This document shows, piece after piece, positions 23,841-32,985 of a stretch of DNA of 64,000 bases. How positions within the stretch are numbered: the first letter of the stretch is position 1; every line of letters starts with the position of its first letter. Where the stretch lies: sequence record MK250028.1; one strand, 5' to 3'. The position numbers and the translations under genes are program-made. A model generated the notes under the pieces. It did no database searches, was not told the origin of the DNA, and saw only the letters and a list, made by a program, of their open reading frames with translations.

Positions 23841-23926
23841 TGAATAGAAAAGAAACTTTATATACAACTATATCATTTATGTTAGGTATAATTATGATAT
23901 TAGTAGTAATTTATTTATTTTCTTGA
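23840..23926 (+). CDS. small membrane peptide (28 aa)
   Basis: ATG overlaps the previous stop; MNRKETLYTTISFMLGIIMILVVIYLFS then TGA. Confidence 0.45.
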   Translation: MNRKETLYTTISFMLGIIMILVVIYLFS

Positions 23927-23965
23927 TAATATAAAATAAGTTTAATTTTTAAATAAAATATCTAA

Positions 23966-26020
23966 ATGAATAAGATTATTTTTTCTATGCTCATTATGGT
24001 AATGAGTATTGCTAACATGTATGCAGAAAATGTTTCTGATACAGTGAAGTTGAAAGAGGTAACTGTTACTTCTCTTTTCCGTAATAATGTGCAGACAGGT
24101 AGTATGATTAATACATCTACACTTAAGTCTTTGAATCATGGTCAGGGAACAGATTATGTATTGCAAAGACTTCCTAATATTTATGCGTATAATGATAATG
24201 GAACACAAATGGGATACTGTTATTTCCGTATGCGTGGCATGGGTCAGGAACGTATGAATGTTACATTGGATGGAATGCCTTGGAACGAAGCAGAAGATTT
24301 TGGATGTTATTTTAGTAATTCTCCAGATCTTATGTCTTCTATGCATACTATTAAGGTAGAGAAAGGTGCATCTGTAACTAATAATGGAACAGCTGCTTAT
24401 GCAGGAAATGTTTCTCTTGAATCTGTAGATTTGAAGAAAGATACCGATTCTTATTTTGACCTTGGATATGGTTCATTTAATTCATCTCGAATTACAGGTG
24501 TTTATAATATGGGACAGAAAGGACATTGGGGATTACATGTTCGTGGCACTGCACAGCAAACTGATGGTTATAAGGAGAATACTTACAATAATTCGAAGGC
24601 AATTACTATTAAGACAGGATATTTCTTTAATGAACGACATTCATTGGATTTCTTGACAATGACTGGTTATCATAGGAATGGACAGGGATTTCAGGGAATT
24701 ACTGAAGATTTAATTCCGAAGCATCCGACACCATTTAAGCAGATGATTTCAGGTAATCGTCAACAGGAAACAGATGATTTCTTAACAACTTATAATAGGT
24801 TTCAATATAAGGGAGTTCTTTCAGACAAAGTATTTCTAACATCATCTGTGTATTGGCAACATCAGACAGGTAATTACCGTATTGGTTGGGATGATGAGAC
24901 ACGACCAACAGGAAGTGTATTGAATAACTATCATCTTAATTATAATTTAACAGGATTTAACACTATTGTAAAGTATTATCCTATTGATAATCTTTCTCTT
25001 ACATCTGGTGTAAATGCTTATGTATATCATCGTAGACATCAGGGATATGATATTGCAAATTCTGATAGTATTATCACTGCATGGAAAAATCCTGGACTTA
25101 CACCATATTATGATAATGCAGGAACAAAACCAGATGTGAATGTATTTGCAAATGTAAAGTATGCACCAGTAAATAAGTTCACTATTGATGCTGCTGTTCA
25201 ATATCGTTATACGTCATTGCATTATCGTGTAAATACACCAATGGATGAATATGATACAAAGTTTAATCATGATTGGAATTTTGTAAATTACAGTATTGGA
25301 CTTAATTATGATATTGATAAGTATTTAAAGGTATATGCACGTTATGCTGTAACAAACCGTGAACCATCTCGAACTGATTTATTCTGTGCAGAGTATCGTT
25401 CAAATGAATCGGAGATGAATACAAAGAATGAGAGAGTTCATGATATTGAAGCAGGTTATGAGATCCGTAACAATAAGGTTAATTTCAATATTAATGGTTT
25501 TTATATGAATTTCAGTAATGAACTTGTTGCAACCGGTGAACTTTCAAAGATGAATGGTCTTCCATTGCATAAGCAACATGATGCATACCGTCTTGGATTG
25601 GAACTTGCCCTTGATTATAATCCTATTAATACATTGCATTTCATTGCAAATGCGGCATGGTCAGAGAATAAATTAAAGAATATTGAAGGTAAGGAAATGA
25701 ATCATACATTCTCACCTTCATCTACATTGTTTGCTGAAGCTAATTATATGGTTAATAAAATTAAGTTTGGTTTGAATACAAATTTCCGTTCATCAATGTA
25801 TATGGATATTTATAATAAGAATAAACTTAAGGAGAATCTTACGTTAAATGCTTATGTAAATGCACGAGTATCAAAGATTGTAGAGTTGAACCTTGTATTG
25901 AATAACATTACAAATAGGCTTAACTTCTCTAATGGCTCTGTAGATATTCCAACCAATACTGCATATTATTTGGTTGATACACCATTTAATATGTTCGCTT
26001 CTGCAAAGTTTCATTTTTAA
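23966..26020 (+). CDS. TonB-dependent outer-membrane receptor, resembling the Bacteroidota thiamine/vitamin TBDR family (684 aa)
   Basis: Signal peptide, TonB-box-like LKEVTVT, plug motifs (RMRGMGQERMNVTLDGMP, IKVEKG), beta-barrel strands, C-terminal Phe (SAKFHF). Confidence 0.9.
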   Translation: MNKIIFSMLIMVMSIANMYAENVSDTVKLKEVTVTSLFRNNVQTGSMINTSTLKSLNHGQGTDYVLQRLPNIYAYNDNGTQMGYCYFRMRGMGQERMNVTLDGMPWNEAEDFGCYFSNSPDLMSSMHTIKVEKGASVTNNGTAAYAGNVSLESVDLKKDTDSYFDLGYGSFNSSRITGVYNMGQKGHWGLHVRGTAQQTDGYKENTYNNSKAITIKTGYFFNERHSLDFLTMTGYHRNGQGFQGITEDLIPKHPTPFKQMISGNRQQETDDFLTTYNRFQYKGVLSDKVFLTSSVYWQHQTGNYRIGWDDETRPTGSVLNNYHLNYNLTGFNTIVKYYPIDNLSLTSGVNAYVYHRRHQGYDIANSDSIITAWKNPGLTPYYDNAGTKPDVNVFANVKYAPVNKFTIDAAVQYRYTSLHYRVNTPMDEYDTKFNHDWNFVNYSIGLNYDIDKYLKVYARYAVTNREPSRTDLFCAEYRSNESEMNTKNERVHDIEAGYEIRNNKVNFNINGFYMNFSNELVATGELSKMNGLPLHKQHDAYRLGLELALDYNPINTLHFIANAAWSENKLKNIEGKEMNHTFSPSSTLFAEANYMVNKIKFGLNTNFRSSMYMDIYNKNKLKENLTLNAYVNARVSKIVELNLVLNNITNRLNFSNGSVDIPTNTAYYLVDTPFNMFASAKFHF

Positions 26021-26060
26021 TAAATAAGGTGTCTTTTATACATATTTTTTTAATTAATTT

Positions 26061-26100
26061 AATAAGGAGAATTAACACGGTAGTTAATTCTCCTTTATTT
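26061..26100. terminator. bidirectional terminator
   Basis: AATAAGGAGAATTAAC...GTTAATTCTCCTTTATTT. Confidence 0.75.
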
Positions 26101-26102
26101 TT

Positions 26103-26468
26103 TTATTCATATGTAATATAATAATCTTTATTAGTTCTAACTTTTAATTTCTTTGCATTAGAAGATGAAATAAAAATAGTAATATCTTCATCTTTTAATT
26201 CATTAAAATCCTTATTAGAATTGATTGTAAGTTTACCATCATTCACATTATATGTAATGTTAGTAAATTTTGATTTAGTTCTGACAGAAACACAATCAAT
26301 AATATCATTGTAAATTCTAACTTTTGCAGGGACATTTACATAAACGACATTAATAGAATCTGTTAATAATGTTGGATTAACTAATGAATTTTCATTAATG
26401 TTAATTTTACCAAAGCATACAGTGATGCTGAATATTCCTATAAGGAATAAAATAAATAATTTTTTCAT
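26103..26468 (-). CDS. secreted protein (121 aa)
   Basis: Signal peptide MKKLFILFLIGIFSITVCFG. Confidence 0.7.
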   Translation of the reverse strand: MKKLFILFLIGIFSITVCFGKININENSLVNPTLLTDSINVVYVNVPAKVRIYNDIIDCVSVRTKSKFTNITYNVNDGKLTINSNKDFNELKDEDITIFISSSNAKKLKVRTNKDYYITYE

Positions 26469-26607
26469 AACGTAATTTATTTAATTTTAAAATTTATTTT
26501 TAACTTTCTTTAACTATCATTTTATTTATCTGAATAATTCATATTTTTAATGTAAGAAAAAGTTTATTATAAATAATGAAATGAAAAATTGAAAACTAAT
26601 TTGATAA

Positions 26608-27867
26608 ATGAGTAAATTAAATGAATAGAATATAAATGAGTTTTTATGGACATGTGCAGGAGTTAATAAAGATGTATTAAGATTATACCCGAGTGAATAT
26701 GCTAAATATGCTGGTAGTGGCGGAACTATTTTATTCACAGCATTAATGGCTATGATTTCTGGTGGATATGCGATGTTTTTTGTATTCAGTAATGTTATTG
26801 TTGCTTTTATATTCGCTATATTTTGGGGATTGCTTATATTTAACCTTGATAGATTTATTGTTAATTCCATGTATACAGATGGTAAAGATTCAATAAGTTG
26901 GAGAAAATTAAAAGCAGCACTTCCTAGAATTATAATGGCAATATTTTTAGGTATAGTTATATCGACACCTCTCGAGATGAAGATATTTAATGATAGAATT
27001 GAATCATAGTTATTGAAAGATAATATAGAGAGAATAAATTCAGCAAAGAATGAATCATCTGATTATAAAACAATTTCATTATTACAAACTGAATAGAGTT
27101 AGTTATCAAAAGAAAGAAAACAACTGGTAGACGATTTACAAAAAGCATAGAAAGATTTAAAGGAAGAAGCAGAGGGAAATGCATTATCTGGTATGGTTGG
27201 GCATGGATCTATATATAGAGACAAAGAGATTTATGTTAACCAATGTAAATAGTCATTATCTGAATGGGATAAACTTCATAAAGAAAGATTAACAACTATA
27301 TAGAAAAGAATAGATGACGTTAATCAACATATCAATAAGTTTGAAGATAAAGTTGATAATTTAAAAGAAGATGGATTTAGCGCACGTTATGAAGCGTTTT
27401 CAAATTTAAGAAAATAGAATTCATCTTTAGAAATTGTTTCATTAATGATAACAATGTTGTTTATAATAATAGAGATAACTCCTACATTTTTTAAACTTAT
27501 TATGATAGCAGGACCTTATGATGAACATATGAGAATTGAACAATATAAGATTTCTGCATATGTATAGAAAGAAAAGAATAATGTAGATACAGATTTAAAA
27601 ATAGATGAATATAATAATAAACAAAAATTAAAATCTATTATAAAAGAAGATATTGATATAATTGAATTGAAAGATGAACAAAAACCTATTACATATTCAT
27701 CTATTAAACCATTAACAATAGATGAAGAACCTGAAATTGTACCTTATTAGGTAAAGTCAAATACAAAAATAGAAACAAAAACTATTACACCGAATAAAGA
27801 ACTTGAATTTAAGAGGAATTCAAAGGGATAGTTATTACTAGATTTTTCATCAAGACATAAAAGTTAA
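26608..27867 (+). CDS. TAG-recoded DUF4407-like membrane/coiled-coil protein (419 aa, 11 TAG)
   Basis: FLWTCAGV...PSEYAKYAG.GGTILFTA...SGGYAM, FNLDRFIV, AIFLGIVISTPLE, IEITPTFFKL motifs; open frame to TAA 27867 if TAG is read through. Confidence 0.8.
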
Positions 27868-27875
27868 AAATATTT

Positions 27876-27918
27876 AAAATGAACATTAGGTGATATAAAA
27901 CTTAATGTTCATTTTTTT
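27876..27918 (+). terminator. intrinsic terminator
   Basis: AAAATGAACATTAGG...CTTAATGTTCATTTTTTT. Confidence 0.7.
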
Positions 27919-27930
27919 ATATAAAGAAAT

Positions 27931-27945
27931 ATGTGTATCTTTGTA
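27931..27945 (+). promoter_or_regulatory. TAnnTTTG promoter element
   Basis: ATGTGTATCTTTGTA; implies the real start is ATG 27972, not 27933. Confidence 0.65.
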
Positions 27946-27971
27946 ATATAATAATTAAAACATTAAATAAT

Positions 27972-28979
27972 ATGGAAGAGAAACTTATTTTGAAAATGTG
28001 TAAGTCTGCAACGAAGCTTAATAAATATATCATTACTGTTAAAGGCAAGTATAATAATATGTTACCTTATGAAACAAAAATGGTAACAGTAGATGCTGAT
28101 ATGATGAATGATTTTGTATTGTTGTTCTTATCATATATGGGTAATAGAAATTGGAAGCATACATGGAAGGATTGTAAGTTTGGAGAAGACTTCAAACATG
28201 GACCATTGCAGACATATCTCGGAGCATTTACAGATGATTGTCATTATCCTTGTATTGATATTAATTGGAATGATGTTATTTCTGTAAAACTTTCATATAT
28301 TGATGAAAATTCCACTTATTATGAGTGTACACTTCCTGATGTGGAAGAGTTGTATGAAACAGAGGAATATTTCTTGAAAGAACTTAAAGAAAAGTTTAAT
28401 GTATTCAATAAGAATGATAAGAGAGACGATTTGGATGATGGTACAGAACTAGTAGATTCATATGAGTTGGAACTTGTTCGTAACATTCTTCGTTCGACTG
28501 GTAAGTGGGATGATAGAGATATTGATAATTTGTTCTTTATCAATAACGATATTGGGTTTACTTCAATATGTGCAAGAGATTCTTATTATGATGATTTATT
28601 GAAGGTCATTAAACAGGAATATGCAAAGAGTGCAACCGGTGTTGAATATGGTGGATTTAAACCAGAAACTTTTGAAAAAGTTCATAATGCTATTATGAAG
28701 TCTGATCTTCCAGATGAAACAAAATCTTTTGCTATCGACATTTGTGGTAAGTACAATAAGAATAATATTTTATCTGAAAATCAGAAGAAAGAATTAAAAA
28801 AGATTATTGAGTCTTTTAATATTCTTAATGGTACTTATGGTTGTGTTGGACCTAATGGTTGGAGTGGTATTTACATTCAGCATGTTATTGATCCAGAACA
28901 GATTGATTTTGATGATTTTGATGAGAATGAAGTCATTAAATATGAAGGTGAAACTTATATTATTCATGAAGGAGATTAA
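27972..28979 (+). CDS. hypothetical protein (335 aa)
   Basis: ORF track 27933..28979; start moved to MEEKL because the track start lies inside the promoter motif. Confidence 0.8.
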   Translation: MEEKLILKMCKSATKLNKYIITVKGKYNNMLPYETKMVTVDADMMNDFVLLFLSYMGNRNWKHTWKDCKFGEDFKHGPLQTYLGAFTDDCHYPCIDINWNDVISVKLSYIDENSTYYECTLPDVEELYETEEYFLKELKEKFNVFNKNDKRDDLDDGTELVDSYELELVRNILRSTGKWDDRDIDNLFFINNDIGFTSICARDSYYDDLLKVIKQEYAKSATGVEYGGFKPETFEKVHNAIMKSDLPDETKSFAIDICGKYNKNNILSENQKKELKKIIESFNILNGTYGCVGPNGWSGIYIQHVIDPEQIDFDDFDENEVIKYEGETYIIHEGD

Positions 28980-28982
28980 TAT

Positions 28983-29393
28983 ATGATTTTAACAGAAATA
29001 ATATCAATAATAGTCTTATTCTATGGAATTTTTATAGGATTCTTTAGCGGAGTTCTTGGTGAAAAAGGAGATAGTGAAGAATATACATATAAGTTAGGAC
29101 CTATAGATGATTTATCACCATTATTTAAATGTGGAAATCGTTTTATAATTCCATGTGTATTATTTGCTTCACCAATAGGTTTTCTTGGAATTCCTTTATT
29201 GTATTTAGGCTTATGTATAATTTTCGCATGTTTTGGAATTGATATTTATATATTAAGTGATAATACATTGAATATTATAGGACCTTATATATTACTATAT
29301 TTTATATCATTGATGATAGGATATAGTATAGGATGTTTTGTGACTAAAAAAGTAATATCTAATTTAATAAAGAAATATAATTATGAAAAATAA
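28983..29393 (+). CDS. multi-pass membrane protein (136 aa)
   Basis: Three to four hydrophobic segments. Confidence 0.7.
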   Translation: MILTEIISIIVLFYGIFIGFFSGVLGEKGDSEEYTYKLGPIDDLSPLFKCGNRFIIPCVLFASPIGFLGIPLLYLGLCIIFACFGIDIYILSDNTLNIIGPYILLYFISLMIGYSIGCFVTKKVISNLIKKYNYEK

Positions 29394-29895
29394 TAAATTT
29401 TATATTATTTTAGGATATAATGCACTTGATGAATCATATTGTGGTTATGTAGAGAATTCATTCTCTATGGGATGTGATGATGAGAGAGTACAGTTGTATT
29501 CTGTAAGTAAAGGAGATTTTCCGTGGAAGAATCGAGATTTTCCTGAGAGAAAGAAAAAAGCAAAGAAATATCTAAAAGAAAATGGTGGTAGAAAAGCTTC
29601 TTTTGCACATGATTATATTCCTGATGCTTATATGAATCCAAATTCTCCAAACCAATGGATTTGGTTTTATTTGCGTGATATTGCAGACAATTTGAATAAG
29701 AAACATTATAATAATTGTTATTGGCAAGTATTTCGTGTTAACAGTAAACATTGCCCTGTTAATATAGATATGAAAGAATATTATAAGATTCAACATAATA
29801 AGAAATATAGAATGACATTAACGAAATATGAAATAAGAAATATTAAATTTACAGTACAAGATCCTTTATTATTAGACTTTATACGTAATATTTAA
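29383..29895 (+). CDS. hypothetical protein (170 aa)
   Basis: ORF track; overlaps the previous gene. Confidence 0.75.
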   Translation: MKNNKFYIILGYNALDESYCGYVENSFSMGCDDERVQLYSVSKGDFPWKNRDFPERKKKAKKYLKENGGRKASFAHDYIPDAYMNPNSPNQWIWFYLRDIADNLNKKHYNNCYWQVFRVNSKHCPVNIDMKEYYKIQHNKKYRMTLTKYEIRNIKFTVQDPLLLDFIRNI

Positions 29896-29907
29896 TATAA
29901 AAAATAT

Positions 29908-30186
29908 ACAGTATATAATTTTGTTATCTAAGTACATGATAATAAAATAGTGCATATCTAGTAAGACTATATGTATTTCAGTAATGGTACTGAAAGTGTT
30001 AATCGTTACTCACGAAACAATATAAGAGTTATATGTTATATAGTAAAGACTAATATTGCAAAAGGTTAATACGCATATATAACATATATACCATTTGAGA
30101 TTATGGTGAATAATTGCAATTAGAATGTAACCATAATAATATGGCGGACCAATATAACATTCTGGGTTCGATTCCCTATATACTGT
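29908..30186 (+). ncRNA. structured RNA of about 280 nt with a tRNA-like T-arm/acceptor 3' end
   Basis: ACAGTATATA (29908-17) pairs with TATATACTGT (30177-86); GGG-TTCGATT-CCC T-loop; several 6-11 bp internal hairpins. Confidence 0.45.
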
Positions 30187-30238
30187 CTAAATAAAAAATT
30201 AAAAAAAGATTCATAATTATTTTTTTAATTAAAAAAGA

Positions 30239-30253
30239 ATGTGTATCTTTGTA
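30239..30253 (+). promoter_or_regulatory. TAnnTTTG promoter element upstream of non-coding elements
   Basis: ATGTGTATCTTTGTA with no ORF downstream. Confidence 0.6.
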
Positions 30254-30268
30254 TTGTAAGAAATAAAA

Positions 30269-30388
30269 ATGGTGATACAACCTATAAGCCATAGGTAACA
30301 TGAGTTCGGTAACCTCATGGTTCGTAAGTCGTGATAACGAATAGTCTCGGTAATAGTTGAAAAACCTTCATCGGTTATGTATCATTAT
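30269..30388 (+). ncRNA. multibranch structured RNA, unknown class
   Basis: 11-bp closing stem ATGGTGATACA/TGTATCATTAT enclosing CCTAT/ATAGG, CATGAG/CTCATG, TTCGT/ACGAA and TGAA/TTCA hairpins. Confidence 0.45.
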
Positions 30389-30593
30389 TTAACATTCATA
30401 TGAGAATTAACGAAATGTCTCATATGAGCATGAGGAGTATTCCAACGGAGCCGGTGTGTTTGGATTTTTAGTTGTGCATTTTTAATCTGACTATATTGTT
30501 GAGAAACAATGAAAAAGAAGATACGTCGTCAGTACAAGTCCATATAATAATTTCGAAATAAAAATGGAAACTGTTAAAAATCGTATCTATTTT

Positions 30594-30691
30594 GGTTATG
30601 TTACATAATGGTTAATGAGGTATCTAATTGATATTTTAATATCAATGGAAGAAAGGTATTGCGGTGACGAGTTCGAGTCCCTCCATAACCA
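30594..30691 (+). tRNA. degenerate tRNA-like element (possible AAT anticodon, long variable arm)
   Basis: Acceptor GGTTATG/CATAACC, D-loop AATGGTTA, TTCGAGT T-loop; T-stem imperfect, no CCA. Confidence 0.35.
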
Positions 30692-30911
30692 CTCCTTATA
30701 ATAATGAAAAGGATGCAATTATCTAACATAGATATTATTATAGTATAAGAAATTATGATAATTCTTAAAATGATAATCAAGAGATTGAAGTAACTAATTA
30801 ATGTATAGTTACTAAGGCGAAAGTATAACTGCAATTATATTAGTAGTTGACGTTTAAAAGATTGAAGAAAATTATTTGTAGATAATTTTTGGATTGATAT
30901 TAAATGTAAAA

Positions 30912-31005
30912 ATTATAATAGTGTAGCGGGAATGCACGCTCGATGATAAATCGAGAAGGGATTAACGGTATGAGGTTATTAAGGGTTCGACTCCCTCTTA
31001 TAAAC
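30912..31005 (+). tRNA. atypical tRNA-like element, anticodon ATA (Tyr-like, long variable arm)
   Basis: D-stem GTGT/GCAC, anticodon stem CTCGA/TCGAG with loop TGATAAA, T-arm AAGGG-TTCGACT-CCCTC, 6/7-bp acceptor, no CCA; G at position 33 is non-canonical. Confidence 0.5.
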
Positions 31006-31011
31006 AAATTT

Positions 31012-31166
31012 AAATACATATATTCTCACGAAGAGCGAGTAAGAGAAGGTGAGCAAATTATGTCTAATGTTATAAGTGATCATAATAACAGATAAAACAT
31101 AACAGAATTATCTTAACGTAGGAGCTGTAAAAGGATGAACGTATGGTAACATCATTATATGTATTT
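31012..31166 (+). ncRNA. structured RNA, unknown class
   Basis: AAATACATAT/ATATGTATTT closing stem with internal TTCTC/GAGAA and other stems. Confidence 0.35.
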
Positions 31167-31293
31167 TTATTGAATTTTTAATTGTTTGAAAATAACTTAA
31201 TATATGTTACTACATCAAACTAATGACATATAAAATCAAACCAAGATGATAAGACAGAATTAAGTTATTTTTAATTTGTTTTGTTTATTTTCT

Positions 31294-31327
31294 AAAAGTC
31301 TATAATGGTTTTCATTATAGACTTTTT
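31294..31327 (+). terminator. intrinsic terminator ending the RNA island
   Basis: AAAAGTCTATAATG-GTTTT-CATTATAGACTTTTTT. Confidence 0.75.
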
Positions 31328-31340
31328 TATTTAAAATAAA

Positions 31341-31353
31341 ATGTGTATCTTTG
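31341..31353 (+). promoter_or_regulatory. TAnnTTTG promoter element heading the nadR-pnuC run
   Basis: ATGTGTATCTTTG upstream of 31394. Confidence 0.65.
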
Positions 31354-31393
31354 AAATATAAATTATAAGTAAAATAAAGTTGAATTATTAATT

Positions 31394-31807
31394 ATGTATT
31401 ATATAAATCATGAATTAGTTAATGTAGTAGAGATTGATCCTTTTGAAATTGAATCTGGAAACTTTCCTGATGAGATGATAACTATAGATGAATTAATAGA
31501 TAGAATAAAGAATAAGAAACCTATTAAACAAGGTATTAAAATTCATTTTAATATGTATGACATCATTTATGATGTAAATTCACATATATTTATGCATGAC
31601 ACATTCATTCATATTCCTACTAATACAAAGATATTTGTAGAATATGATGAGAATTGGGGATGGGAACGTACATTTCTTCTTATTCCTAATTATTCAGAAA
31701 AAATATGGATAGGAGATAATAATGAAGATTGTTGGTGGGATGCTACTCACAATGAAGGTTCTTATTCTTTTGAGATGAAATCTTTTATTGAAATAGAAAT
31801 AGATTAA
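31394..31807 (+). CDS. hypothetical protein (137 aa)
   Basis: ORF track. Confidence 0.75.
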   Translation: MYYINHELVNVVEIDPFEIESGNFPDEMITIDELIDRIKNKKPIKQGIKIHFNMYDIIYDVNSHIFMHDTFIHIPTNTKIFVEYDENWGWERTFLLIPNYSEKIWIGDNNEDCWWDATHNEGSYSFEMKSFIEIEID

Positions 31808-31827
31808 TATATTTAAATTTAATAAAA

Positions 31828-32985
31828 ATGAGTAAGAATATAGGAATTTGTTTTGGCGGATATTGTCCAATGCATCAAGGTCATCTTGATGTTATTATGC
31901 GAGCAAAGAAAGAATCAGATATTGTTTATGTTGTTGTATGTGGATATACAGATGAACCACGTGCAAATGAAATAGGTTTGAATATAAAGCAACGAGAACG
32001 ACTTATTAGAGAATATTTTAAAGGCGATGAGATTATAAAAGTTGTTACTGTTAATGATACAGAATTAGGTATTGATGAAAGTATGTCTGAACATAATTGG
32101 AAAGTATGGACTGATTATGTGAAGAAACTTATTGTTAACAAAGTTTTAGACCATAAAGATAATTGGCCTTTTACAGTAGACGATACTATTAACGCATTTG
32201 AGTTGAAACTTACTTTTTATGTTGGCGAGAAGTTTTATGTTAAATCATTAGAGAAATTAAATTATAATGTTGTATTGGTAGGATATGACAGCAATTCACC
32301 TTCTAACAGAAGTAATGATATTTCTGCAACTCTTATACGTCAAAGACCACAACTTTACTGGAATAAGATTGTATCTACATTCAAACCAAAACTAACAAAG
32401 AAGATTCTTGTATTAGGAACAGCATCAGAAGGCAAATCAACTCTTGTAAAAGATATTGGTAATTATTTTCAGGTTCCATATACTACTGAATTTGGTAGGG
32501 ATTATATGGCGAAACATTGTATGTTAGATCCAGATATTACAGTAAACGATTTTGTTGAATTCCTTATAGGACAAAGACAATATTATTTTGATGCGCTTAA
32601 CAGTGATAAGAATAAAGGTGTTATTATTTCTGATACTGATAATCTCGTTACTCTTATGTATGCGAAAGCATATACAATGGATAAGAACATGCAGATTACT
32701 GAAAAAGAATATAATGATATATTGTTACCACTTGCAAAATCATTGCAGACTAATGTAGATTGGGATGTAATTTATCTTATCAAACCACATAATACATTTG
32801 TCGATGATGGAACACGTTATATGGAGCAAAGTTCTATTGAAGAACGTATGAAAAATTATCATATTCTTGTTAAACTATTGGAGGACTTTGATTTACTTCA
32901 TAAGGTTATAGAACTAGATGGTACATATCTTGAACATTTTGATTATGTAAAGAATTATATAAATACACTCTATGAAAAGTATTAA
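31828..32985 (+). CDS. nadR: NadR-type NMN adenylyltransferase / ribosylnicotinamide kinase (no HTH)
   Basis: N-terminal HxGH (PMHQGH) nucleotidyltransferase; C-terminal P-loop GTASEGKST, EFGRDY, SDTD; overlaps pnuC. Confidence 0.92.
   Translation: MSKNIGICFGGYCPMHQGHLDVIMRAKKESDIVYVVVCGYTDEPRANEIGLNIKQRERLIREYFKGDEIIKVVTVNDTELGIDESMSEHNWKVWTDYVKKLIVNKVLDHKDNWPFTVDDTINAFELKLTFYVGEKFYVKSLEKLNYNVVLVGYDSNSPSNRSNDISATLIRQRPQLYWNKIVSTFKPKLTKKILVLGTASEGKSTLVKDIGNYFQVPYTTEFGRDYMAKHCMLDPDITVNDFVEFLIGQRQYYFDALNSDKNKGVIISDTDNLVTLMYAKAYTMDKNMQITEKEYNDILLPLAKSLQTNVDWDVIYLIKPHNTFVDDGTRYMEQSSIEERMKNYHILVKLLEDFDLLHKVIELDGTYLEHFDYVKNYINTLYEKY

Noticed and set aside
23841-23965. TPP or other riboswitch upstream of the TonB-dependent receptor
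   Set aside because: No CTGAGA/ATACC-type conserved core; the interval holds a small ORF and AT-rich spacer.
29908-30186. tmRNA
   Set aside because: No G3:U70 pair, no GGGG 5' end, no CCA and no convincing tag reading frame.
30395-30590. RNase P, group I intron or twister ribozyme
   Set aside because: Only short partial matches (GCCGGT, ACAAGTCC); required conserved elements are not in the correct order.
29896-31330. Amber suppressor tRNA (CTA anticodon)
   Set aside because: The CTA near 30625 cannot be placed at positions 34-36 of a paired anticodon arm; no suppressor is supported in this window.
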